This document shows, one piece after another, positions 37,746-49,363 of a stretch of DNA of 64,000 nt. This DNA comes from Octopus sinensis. Taxonomy: Eukaryota. The position numbers and the translations under genes are program-made. The stretch spans positions 1,736,001 to 1,800,000 of the forward strand of contig NC_043013.1 of assembly GCF_006345805.1 (NCBI RefSeq). The letters are read 5' to 3'. The notes below the pieces were generated by a model. That model searched no databases. It was not told the DNA's origin and saw nothing but the letters and a program-made list of their open reading frames with translations. The number at the start of each line of letters is the position of its first letter. The stretch's first letter is position 1.

Positions 37746-40091
37746 ATTATTTTATTGTGGATCTCACCTGATTTTGTTTTCAGAGTTAACAATTATGTGT
37801 GGGTATTTTCTGGCTTTAAAAGTGGATAATCGGTCTTAGATTCGCAGTTTGTCCTGTCATGTACGTGAAATCGCCAGAAGATCTTCTTATTAAAGTGTAG
37901 CATTTGTATCGTCTTTGGGTTTTATAATTGTGTAGTTGTGCGTGCGTACGATTAGAGAAAGTAAAGTAGACAGTTGTTAGTTGATGTGTGTAACGATTGG
38001 GTGGCCGAAGGAGACAAAGTTATTGTGTTCTCATTACAAGATATTCCCAGAGTTTTTATCTGCATACAGTGTGATCGTTTGATCAAATTGGAAATATTCC
38101 ACTCACGATACTAGATTCGGAAGAAGGGGAGGTAATTTTCCTGTCACTCAAATGCTTTACTGGTGACTTGTGGAATGACATGGCCTTCGGCAACTTTTTT
38201 GAGAGTGAAGAGGCTTTTTGTGTGTAGAACTGGTGGCACGCAAGCATTACTGTTAGTTATTGAGGAAAGACAGAGAGAGAGAGAGGGAGAGAGAGAATGA
38301 GAGAGGGAAAGAGAGAGAGAAGTGGTGGGTAGACTGTTATGTGTTGGAGAGGTTGGTTGTTATGTTTGAAAACTGTACAGAACTCTGTACAACTTATTAC
38401 TAAAGAATGCCAAATGATCTTTTATTAATTAGATATATATATACAGCTAAATGAATAAGATAGCTGGTGTCTGTGAGGGAGTGTGTGTGTGTGTGTGAGT
38501 GAGTGTGTGTGAGTGTGTGCATATGTGTGCACACGCAAGTTTTTACGCTGACTTCGCCTCAAAAACTGTGCCGTCTGTTAATGTTCTTTAACGTAGAGGT
38601 TCAACAAACACATTCGATGTAATAACTATCAAACTTGAAAATAAATACTGGAATCGACATAATCGCCTAAAACCGTTTAAAGTGGTGCCCCAGCATGGTC
38701 GCAATCAAATAATTAAAACAGGTAAAAGAAACTAAAATAATAAGGTATCGAATTGCTAAATTATGGATGACGGTTTCGAAATGTCTGCCAGTCGTTTGTT
38801 ATGCTTCTGGGCAAAAATATTTTATACAATATTTTATAAGTCCACCATTCGTCCCTGTCTGTATTCTAGATTTAATCCAGTCATCTGGTTTCATTATAAA
38901 TTCTGTATGATGCTTGCTGTATCTATTCACTCAATATTCACCGTGCATCCACCGCTCGGTGGCCTACATCCTTGGTCACGTTGATCACGCGAGATTCTTA
39001 CCATCTTGTCATGAGGCGAGCGTAAAACAAATCTGTTGGCTATGAACGCTTCATATAACTTTGCAGTGTATTCTGTTGAGAACAGGTATGGAGGAATCGC
39101 TTTCATTCTGGTGGAAACTCTTCAGAAACCTGTACGGCATTAATTGCTCAAATGAGAAAACTATCAAACTGAAAGGGACATTTTGAAATTTTGGTTTCAA
39201 AAGGTAAGCATTTGGAGGTTTCCATCGCTGGAGGGACAATTCATTTTCTGGCATCTTCCAAATAATGGAGACTATAAACTATTTTAGCAAAAAATATTTA
39301 GCTGTTCATCTTTTCTTTCATTTTGTTCCTTTCTTCTTATATATAAAGAGAATTAGATGCAATTTTTTAAGCTATCATGACTTACCGGTTTCACACGACT
39401 GTATTATTTGATTCAATAATTTAATCTTGAAGGAATTGTCTCCTCTATGGTAGTTGACCACCAGAGGTAACAGCACGAGTAATTAAAATATCATTTTGCA
39501 GGTTTGATTCTAGGTATTAATATAGACTGGTTTATAATGGGAATGGTATCTCTCTAATGGAGGCTTTTCTTGAGATTCGTCTGTTCAAATTTTATACTTC
39601 TCAGATTCTCTAAAGTTCGAATGGTACGAAAATCCTTATGAACGGGTGTATAAACCAATGATAAGAGACGACTTAAAGTGATAAGTCCATTTCTCTCAAT
39701 AGTCTCAACACATAACTTCAGTGAGTATTTAATACACACACACACACACACACACATGTGGATAAGGAGAAAGAGAGAGAGAGGGAGAGAGAGAAGAGAT
39801 AGTGAGAGGAGTTAGGTGTATAAATCAACCTGTGAAAGTTGTTGTTTGGGGCTGTCAGTTGGACATAACCAAAAGTGAAGAGAAAGTGAAGGAAGATTAG
39901 CAAAGCAGACGACACTGAATGAAAATTCTCATATCACTGAGAGGCAGATTTATATTATAAAGGCTGAAAGGGAGGGAAAAGGCAGCATGAGTCAACGTTA
40001 AGATTTTCCCACTGAAGTCAGTGGTAGGACTGCGACCGCCCACTCTAAGGGCAAGGCTATACTACTGGAAGTCGGGTAACAGCAGAAGCAG

Positions 40092-40127
<36 letters not shown>

Positions 40128-40329
40128 GCCCGTTTAGTCGGCGGGTGGTGGTGGTGGTGGTGGTGGCGATGGCGGTGGTGGGATTCATTTGATGAAATAT
40201 CATTTCTAAACACGAGCTGTATTAACAGCACTTCATTAAAATTGAGAATCAGCTAAACGATGGAAAGTGTTAGGAAAAAGATACACAAATACACAAATGA
40301 GTGTGCGTGTGTGTGTGTATTATATATAG

Positions 40330-40506
40330 ATGCAGTGCGTAGCTGAGTGGTAAGAAGCTTGTTTCCCAACCGTATGGTTCCAGGTTCAGTCTTACTGCGT
40401 TGCGCCTTGGACAAGTATCTTCTACGACCAAAGCCTTGTGGGTGGATTTGGTGGACGGCAACTGAAAAGACATACAAGAACTCAAACACAGGCATGCGCA
40501 TATGTA

Positions 40507-40542
<36 letters not shown>

Positions 40543-40716
40543 CTTTGTGTCTGTGTTTTTCCTCCACACTACCGCCTGACAACCGGTGTTGGTGCGTTTG
40601 CGTCCCATAATATAGCGGTTCGATAAAGATCTTAAAAAAACGTAATAAAATTTCTTCAAGGCGGTGCCCCAGCCAGGCCGCAGTCTAATGACTGAAACAA
40701 ATAAAGGATAAAAAGA
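40330..40716 (+). mobile_element. SINE family A
   Basis: Family A head, core and tail blocks. Confidence 0.88.
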
Positions 40717-40720
40717 TACA

Positions 40721-40759
<39 letters not shown>

Positions 40760-41161
40760 ACATGCATGTTTGTGTGTATATCTCACATGTATGTTTGTGT
40801 GTATATCTTATTTATGTGTGTGTGTATATCACATGTATGTGTGTGTATATCATATGTATGTGTGTGTGAGAGAAGGAGAGGGAGAGAGAGAGAGAGAGGT
40901 GGGTGGTGGGAAGATTGGGAGAGAGACAGTAAGCGATGCTGTGAAAGTATTTAATGGGTCATTATAATAGCGCTGATCGTGGAGAACATTTAGTGAGTGA
41001 GGACTAAATGCCAAGGGCTTAGCATCTGCTGCTGCTGCTGGTTCTATTTGTCGGAAGCTCGCTCGGTCGTAGACGCCAACTGGAGCCTAACACCCAGAGG
41101 AGATATCTATATACGTGCGTGCGTGTGCGTGCATGTGTGTGTGCGTGTGAGTGTGTGTGTG

Positions 41162-41193
<32 letters not shown>

Positions 41194-41518
41194 AAACGAA
41201 ACCAACAAAACGAAAGGAAAAAAAAAAAGGACAGCTCCGCTTGGTTTTCAATAGCTCCAGCTGCCCCACAAGTCCATCAAAATACTGAAACAGTGATGTC
41301 TCCTTTGATAGTCTTCATAAATATTTTCCGATTTTGTTTTTTTTTCTAATTTTTCTCTTTTTCTAAAGTTTTCTCATTGCATTTATTTCGAAGAAGAGAT
41401 TCTATCATAAGAAAAAATATGAAAATAATAACATTCCTTCAAAAAAAAAAAAAACCCAAAACTGATCAACGCAAAACATTCATATGCGCATGCGTGCGTT
41501 TGAGTAGCTGTGTTCTTT

Positions 41519-41750
41519 TTTTCTCTTCTTCTCTTATTCTTTTACTTGTTTCAATCATTTGACTGCGGCCATGCCGCAGCACTGCTTTTAGTCGAACAAA
41601 TCAATTCCAGGACTTATTCTTTGTAAGCATAGTAAATTTTCTATCGGTCGCTTTTGCCGAACGCTAAGCTATGGGGACGTAAACACACCAGCATCGGTTA
41701 CCAAGCGATGATGTGGTGGACAAACACAGACACAAATACATACACATAGA
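41519..41750 (-). mobile_element. SINE family A, 3' half
   Basis: Tail and post-microsatellite blocks only. Confidence 0.85.
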
Positions 41751-41789
41751 CATACACACAGACATGTATATATACTATATATACACCAC

Positions 41790-42219
<430 letters not shown>

Positions 42220-42221
42220 CG

Positions 42222-42420
42222 AATATAGGCACAGGACGTCACCAACTGTGTAAACAACATGAAGTACGAAAGAAAGATGGGGAAGAGAGAGAGAGAGAAA
42301 ACGGTAAAGGGGAGAAAAAGGGAATTAGAGAAGGATGCGGGAAGGAAGTAGTATAGAGTAGATTCGCATCAAAGATGTTATGGTAGCCTTACTTGAAAAC
42401 GGATGCGCGGCGTTCAATTA
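42222..42420 (-). mobile_element. Pyrimidine-rich Penelope-like terminal fragment sharing a ~45-bp end with the repeat at 44578
   Basis: 42222-42271 is the reverse complement of TTCGTACTTCCTGTTGTTTACACAGTTGGTGACGTCCTGTACCTAT (~44801-44846). Confidence 0.55.
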
Positions 42421-42511
42421 AATAATAATACAAATAATATATATATATATATATACGTATGTATGCATGTATGTATGTATGTATGTATGTATGTATGTAT
42501 GTAGGTAGGTA

Positions 42512-42570
<59 letters not shown>

Positions 42571-42572
<2 letters not shown>

Positions 42573-43010
42573 TACCTCTCTCCCGTCTGTTTTCTCTTTT
42601 GTTGCTCACACGTGACCATCGTCAATCTTTCTTTTCCTGCACGACGTTGTAAGGACTGGACGTTTTCTTTCTCTGTCTTATATCTTTTTTTCTTTTCAAA
42701 GAAAATATTTCTCCCAGCGTCCACTATTTTCCTCTCGTTTTGGTCTGCCGACCCTCGATGTTTGTTTTCATTCGGGTTCCTTTTGTCTCCTTTGTCCTGT
42801 TTTTGTTCCCAACTTTGACCCTCCATTAACCCAAAATTTTATTTTAAAATTTATGGGAGCAACTCTCTTTGAAGACTCATATTGTTGTTCATTGCCCGAA
42901 ATGAGGAGTAGATAGGCAGCCGACAACTGATGATGAAAGGTCGTTCTCTGTGTTTATTTATCCTGTTTTCATTTTCCTCTCGTTATTTGCCTATTTAACT
43001 CGTTTGTTTC
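42571..43010 (+). mobile_element. Repeat (pLTR/retrozyme-like) carrying a permuted hammerhead-like motif, copy 1
   Basis: 42805-43008 aligns with 44590-44800; starts next to (TA)n; truncated by a mariner. Confidence 0.6.
42876..42943 (+). ncRNA. Permuted hammerhead-ribozyme-like motif, copy 1 (degenerate stem II)
   Basis: CUCAU-A-UUGUUG / GCCC-GAAA-UGAG / CGACAA-CUGAUGA; an extra UGA follows the core. Confidence 0.45.
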
Positions 43011-43919
43011 AAAGATGGCCGCACCTCAGAGGCACGTGAGATACGACGAAATTAATCGCAAAGGTTCGAGGAATAGTCTATAAAGACCGTCGTGTGACTA
43101 TTGAGGAAAATTGTTGCCGAAGTTGGAATCGGCCATGGGTCAGTTCAGTCAATTATAACAGATTTGTTCATGAGGAGAGTGTCGGTCAAATTCGTACCAA
43201 AGTTGCTGTTTGACCAGCAGAAAGAAAACAGAAAGGAAATCTCCCAGGACATGCTGGAGTATGCTAGCCAAGGTCAAGACTACCATCGCTAGTGATGAGA
43301 CATGGGTGTACGGCTATGACCCCGAAACGAAATTGCAATTATCACAATGGAAGCGTCCATCCTCGCCAAGAGCAAAGATGACAGGTGCGCAGCAATGTTA
43401 AACTGATGATGACTATTTTTTTTTACTACAGAGGTATTATACACCATGAATATGCACCACAAGGGCAATTATGTTTATCTTTTACTACCTGGAGGATTTT
43501 CGTTGCTTTCGTGAAGCTGACCCGACCTGTGGATAGCAAAGAACTGGAAACTCCAGCATGACAACGCACCCACTCATTCCGCCTACGTTGTCCAAGTATA
43601 CCTCATCAAGTAAAACACACCACTCATTCGTCAGGCTTCTTACTCCCCAGACATTTGGCTATTCCCAAAGCTAAAAAAAAATACTCGAAAGGGAAAGATT
43701 TGAGTCCACAAAGGACATTAAGCAAAATTCGACGGAACTGCTCTACAGTATCCCAAACAGTGATTCCCAGAAATGTTTCCAGCAGTGGCAGAAACACTGG
43801 CAGAAGTGTGTAGACCCCTAAGGCGAATAATTTGGAGGAGACTAAATCAAAATGGTGATTGTTTTAATATTACTTTGTTTTTTGGCCAAAGGTTAGATAC
43901 TTTTTGACTACACCTCGTA
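43011..43919 (+). mobile_element. 5'-truncated mariner transposon, degenerate
   Basis: KDRRVTIEE..MRRVSVKFVPKLL, ASDETWVYGYDPETK, QHDNAP; ends ACTTTTTGACTACACCTCG-TA. Confidence 0.9.
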
Positions 43920-44271
43920 TACCGGCGTATATTTTAACGAGATATTTCTTGAAATCACTCGAGGACACACATCTATACCGAAGGATACACCTAAACCAGT
44001 TGTGCAGTATCCTACCCGCGAGGGTTCGATGCAAGATTGGTCGAAACGATTGAAGTGATCAATAAAGATTCTCGTATGTTCCAACTCTTTCATTAATTCC
44101 ATATTCAACAAACACTTAGCCAGTGAACGGGCTTTACCTGCAATCAACCAGGTGTATATTAACTACAAACTATATATACGATTTATTAACTACTAACTAT
44201 GTAACATATGGTATAATTATAAACAGGGCAAATTTTAGCCATTTCTCCGCAGACTGAAAAAACGATGAACA

Positions 44272-44314
44272 ACCTTAATCTATTTTCGAGCCTTATTGGA
44301 TCCTCATCAGAGGT
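44272..44314 (-). ncRNA. Minimal type-I hammerhead-like motif
   Basis: ACCU-CUGAUGA-GGAUCCAAUAAGGCUC-GAAA-AUAGAUU-A-AGGU: 4-bp stem I, near-palindromic stem III, UUA site, imperfect stem II. Confidence 0.5.
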
Positions 44315-44538
44315 GCCCACATCATCATGAGAATCTCCAGAGAAACAAGCAGCCAAACTGTTCTTTATACTCAACAGATACAGCAATTATTCTATGACGA
44401 AGTCTCTAATTTGCATGCCGAAAGTGTTTAACGCTATAAATACCAGTAGTCTATACACACCCACGCACGCGCACACACACATCCGTAGATATATATATAT
44501 ATATTTAAAGGGTTGAATGTAAATTCGTCCTTTAATTG

Positions 44539-44577
<39 letters not shown>

Positions 44578-44581
<4 letters not shown>

Positions 44582-44850
44582 TCCTCTGTACTGTTTTTGT
44601 TCCCAACTTTGACCCTCCGTAAATCCCAAATAAAACTTTGGAATTTATTGGTGCAGTTGTTTTTGAAGACTCATATTGTCGTTCGATGCTCGAAATGAGG
44701 AGTAGATTGGCAGCCGACAACTGATGAAAGCTCGTTTTCTGCGCTTATTTGTCCTGTTTTCCATTTCTCTCTCGCCGTTTGCCTATTTAACTCGTTTGTT
44801 TTCGTACTTCCTGTTGTTTACACAGTTGGTGACGTCCTGTACCTATGTAC
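44578..44850 (+). mobile_element. Same repeat as 42571, copy 2 (5'-truncated, 3' end intact)
   Basis: Alignment with copy 1; starts next to (TA)n. Confidence 0.6.
44670..44734 (+). ncRNA. Permuted hammerhead-ribozyme-like motif, copy 2
   Basis: Intact CUGAUGA, GAAA and AUA site; 6-bp stem I, 5-bp stem III, stem II of 6 bp with one bulge. Confidence 0.6.
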
Positions 44851-45228
44851 GCGTATATAGATTTCTAACGTTGATTCTTCATACTTTACTCTTAACTGGT
44901 GCGAGCGTAGATATGAAAAATTATATAAGTATATTAAGTATATGGTTTAACTGATAAAACAGAGCTCTACAAATTCAATGATATTTTATGTAAATGGAGG
45001 AGATTAGATGTTAATATAGATTATAATTATTTTTATTCATGTAGCTGTACAATCGATTCATACAGAAAGACAATAAATTCATTTTAAGAATCTGGGTTGC
45101 CAAAAAGTATTCGTCAGTAGCAAAAAGTAAGGAAGCGGGGAGCTAAAAAGACGTTAGAATTACATAGGTGATCGTAATGTGTAAATGTTTTTAGAGTCAT
45201 GTTTTTCTAAAACAATGCTATATATAGT

Positions 45229-45437
45229 TAATCCAAACATGAAAACACCAAGAGAAAACACATCAACGCGAGGACGTGGAACAAGTATAGTGTTATTGGA
45301 CGCTCAGGAAAGGAAAGAAAGAAGGCAGATTTAACGTTTCGAGCGGAGCTCTTCGTCAGAAACATAGAAAAAGGAAAGATCCAAGGAAGGGAAGACGGAG
45401 GAAAAAAATCCCCAACGATACACACGCGGTCACATAT
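45229..45437 (-). mobile_element. Penelope-like pseudo-LTR fragment
   Basis: Pyrimidine-rich minus strand with an embedded minimal hammerhead, as is typical of PLE ends. Confidence 0.6.
45329..45363 (-). ncRNA. Minimal PLE-type hammerhead motif
   Basis: GUUU-CUGACGA-A-GAGC-UCC-GCUC-GAAA-CGU-U-AAAU; palindromic stem III AACGUU. Confidence 0.65.
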
Positions 45438-45439
45438 TG

Positions 45440-45469
45440 AATGATAAATAGATAGATAGATAGACAGAC

Positions 45470-45504
<35 letters not shown>

Positions 45505-45583
45505 AGATAGATAGATAGATAGATATAGATAGATAGATAGTAGAAGAGATAGGAGGGTAGGTAGGTAGGTAGTAGATAGATAG

Positions 45584-45656
<73 letters not shown>

Positions 45657-45682
45657 TGATTGATTGATTGATAGATAGGTAG
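45440..45682. repeat. (GATA)n microsatellite
   Basis: Direct read. Confidence 0.95.
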
Positions 45683-45865
45683 ATCAGAAACAGAAAATGG
45701 ATTTCAGGAGATTCTTTACCCAAATCCACTACAATTGTTTTTATTCATTTCACACTTGTACCTTATAGGTGAGATGCTGCAAACTAATTTTCTTGCATCA
45801 CAGGTGCAGACCGTATCTCTTCAGGTACTTTTTAAACAAATACCTAGCTCTTTCTCTTATCATTA

Positions 45866-47323
45866 TCTCTCTATATATAAACGGCAGTTTGTCGGTCTGT
45901 GTGTCTGTGTGTCTGTCAGGTTGTACCCTCACCCCGACCACGGTTTTCAACCGATTCTGATGAAACTTGACACACACATAGCCCAATGGCATAATTCAAA
46001 ACTAACGCAGCAAAAATTTTGAAAAGTTCCCCCAGTTCTGAAAAAAATCGATAAATTCGACATGGGGTCGAGAATCTAAGCTTTTTATATGCAACACATT
46101 TTATGTTGTAATTTTCGCAACTTGCAATCGATTTTCACCAAACTCATGGTGAAGCTTAATGCTACCCTAAGAAACTTAATTCTGACGTTAGTTTTCCATG
46201 CAATACCTTACCATCAGAAAAAATCGATAAAATCATGCCATTTTGGGAAATCGCGTTCAAATTCAAGATGATATATTTTCGGCAATATCTTTCACAAATT
46301 GGCAGGAATTTTTTTTTTTAATTCACAGCGAGCATCATGTCTGCTCCAAGGAGCTATATGGCCCTCTTTATTCCAATAGGATACTTTATTACTGGAAAAA
46401 ATCGGTATATTAAATCATATGTGGCACACATAGCAAACCGATTTGTGTATTAAACACAAACCACAGACTGTCTAGGGGACGCAACTCGACCTTTTTAACT
46501 CACTTTGCACCACTGTCGACACCCCTGCTAGCCTCCGCGACGCTGTCTTCCACGACCTACAAAACAATTTACGCGACCGAAAATGGCTGGCAGGCAGAGC
46601 TATTCTCGCACCCAAAAATACAACCGTCAACTCCATCAATATCCAACTACTTGAAGCTATTCCTGGTGATCTTCACGTCTACAAATCTATAGATAGAACA
46701 GCAGACCCCGCCGAGCTTGCCGATTACCCTGTTGAATTCCTGAATTCACTTATACCGCCAGGCCTGCCGTCACACATCCTGAAGTTAAAAGTCGGTGCGC
46801 CCATTATGCTCATCAGGAATTTGGTTCCACCTAAACAGTGAAACGGCACATGTCTGGTTGTGAAACATTTGGCACCACATTTAATAACGGCCACAATACT
46901 TACCGGTTGTGGGAAGGGAGAGGATGTCTTCATTCCACGCATGCACCTTCAACCGTCGGGCGCTGACCTACCAATCCACTTCAGGCGTTCTCAGTTTCCT
47001 GTTAAACTCTGCTTCGCAATGCCCATCAATAAATCCCAAGACCAAACGCTACAAGTCGCTGGGTTACATTTGGGCGAATAGTGCTTCGCCCACGATCAAC
47101 TCTACGTGGGCTGTTCACGCGTTGGGAGGCGCAATGATGTTTTCATGTTTTCGCCCAAAAGGACAGCTAGGAACATCGTATACACAGAAGTATTCGAGTG
47201 AAGAGAAGACATTGCAACCGACACATGCGCCTTCGTTCCCTAGAGGGAAAGGACTAGATTGGGATTAGTCGTTGCCTACTAGGGGATCTTACATACCCGG
47301 GCAACGCCGGGCTATGCTGCTAG
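45866..47323 (+). mobile_element. Complete non-autonomous Helitron (internal-deletion derivative) with PIF1 helicase C-terminal remnant
   Basis: A|TCTCTCTATATATAAA 5' end; 3' CCCGGGCAACGCCGGG hairpin then CTAG|T. Internal RAILAPKN, YPVEFLNSL.PPGLP.H.LKLKVGAPIMLIRNL, QFPVKLCFAMPINKSQDQT and QLYVGCSRV. Confidence 0.92.
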
Positions 47324-47371
47324 TAATATCATATATTTAGGTAGTTGCTGCATTCTAGCAGTTCTCATTAG

Positions 47372-47620
47372 TGTGTGTGCATGTGTGTGTGTGTGTGTGT
47401 GTGTGCATGTCCCTCAACACTGCTTAACAACCGGTGTCAGTATGTTTATGTCCCCGTAACTTGACGGTTCAGCAAAAGACGGGCAGAAGAAGTACCACGT
47501 TTAAAAAAAGAAAAAAGGAAAAAGTATTGGGGTCGTTTCATTCAACTAAAAATTCTTCTAGGTGGTGCCCCAGCATGGCCGCAGTCTGATGACTGAACCA
47601 AGTAAAAGATAAACGATAAA
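47372..47620 (+). mobile_element. SINE family A, 3' half
   Basis: Post-microsatellite and tail blocks. Confidence 0.8.
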
Positions 47621-47832
47621 AGATATTGCGAATGCGAGGCGTCAGCCGTCTCAATCAAACAGCCGTTCTCTGTGTGCAGTAATTTGTCGGTTAATTGCAT
47701 TCGGAAGACATTATGAAGCGAAGCCAGCAAGAAGTCAATTCACAAGTGAAGTGAGTGGTGGTGGTGGCGGTGGTGGCGGTAGAGGTGGTAGTCGTGGTAA
47801 TGGTGGTGGTAGGAGGAAAGAGAAGAATGCTT

Positions 47833-47871
<39 letters not shown>

Positions 47872-48167
47872 TTATAACTATCACTACAACCACTACAACC
47901 ATGTGCTTCTACTTTTGTAGTTATGGGAGAAAATATAATAGAATAAAATAGAGATGGGGAGTGGGTGAGAGAGGGAGTGGTAGGAAAGGAGAGAGAGAGA
48001 GAGAGAGAGTATATAGGATGTGTGAGAAGCATAATTGGTGATGGATAATGTAGGGAGAGAAAAGGTCGACAGAGAGTAAAAGAGATAATGAGAAAGATAA
48101 CGCTTGACAAAAGAAGAGAAAGATGCTAGGAGGTGAGAATGACAAAACAAACAGCAGAATGGACAAC

Positions 48168-48200
48168 AAGAGGAAGAAGAAGAAGAAGAAGAAGAAAGAA

Positions 48201-48235
<35 letters not shown>

Positions 48236-48968
48236 AGGAGAAGAAGGAGAAGAAGGAGAAGAAGAAGAAGTAGAAGAAGTGGAAGAAGAAGAAGAAGTAG
48301 ACAAGAACAAGAAGAAGAAGAAGAAGAAGAAGAAGAAGAAGAGAAGAGAAGAAGAAGAAGGGAGAAGAAGGAGAAGAAGCGAGAACAGAAGAAGAACGAA
48401 GAAGAGTGAAGAAGAGAAGAAGTAGAAGACAAGAAACAAGCAAGAAGAGAAGAAGAAGAGAAGAAAAGAAGAAGGAAGAAGAAGAAGGAGAAGGAGAGAA
48501 GGAGACAGAAGAAGAAGAAGAGAAGGAGAAGAGGAGAAGAAGAAGGAAGGAGAAGAAGTGAAGAAGAAGAAGAAGAAGTAGACAAGACAAGAAGAAGAAG
48601 AAGAAGAAGGAGAAGAAGGAGAGAAGAAGAAGAGAAGTAGAAGACGTAGAAGAGAAAAAGAAGAGAAGGAAGGAGAAGAAGGAGACGGAGGAGAAGAAGA
48701 AGAAGAACAAGAAGAAGTGGAAGAAGAACAAGAAGAACAAGGAGGAGGAGGAGGAGGGGAAGGAGGAGGAGAAGAAGAAGAAGAAGAAGGAGGAGGAAGA
48801 AGAAGAGGAGGAGGAGGAGAAGGAGAAGAAGAAGTAGTAGAAGAAGAAGAAGAAGAAGAAGTGGAAGAAGAAGAAGAAGAAGAAGTGAAGAAGATGAAGA
48901 AGAAGAAGTGGAAGAAGATGAAGAAGAAGAAGAAGTGGAAGAAGAAGAAGAAGTGGAAGAAGAAGAAG

Positions 48969-48998
<30 letters not shown>
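48168..48998. repeat. ~830-bp (GAA/GGA)n purine-strand tract
   Basis: Direct read; source of the poly-E/K and poly-S/F/L ORFs. Confidence 0.97.
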
Positions 48999-49000
<2 letters not shown>

Positions 49001-49363
49001 TTAAATAAAAGAGAGAAACAGACGGAGAGAAAGGGTTAAAGATGGCAAAAATAAATGGAGAGGAAGAGAGGATAAAAGAGAAAGTGGAGTGGAGGTGGGA
49101 GTGAGAGTGGCAATGGGAGGGGGAGGAAGAATGCGTGAAAGTGAAAGCTAAATGGTGGATAATTAGATATGTACACATACGTATACAGACATACATCGCA
49201 CATACATACATGTATACACACGAATAAATAATAAATATATATGATATATGCATATATAAATATATATATATGTTATGTATATAATAGAGATATATATATA
49301 CACATATATAATATAATATATATATATTATATATATATAATATTACATATATATATAATATAT

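Noticed and set aside
39085-39132. Minus-strand CUGAAGA...GAAA match
   Set aside because: No valid stem III or stem I partner.
44015-44065. GGTCGAAACG resembling a PLE hammerhead end
   Set aside because: The CUGANGA core is absent; too degenerate to call.
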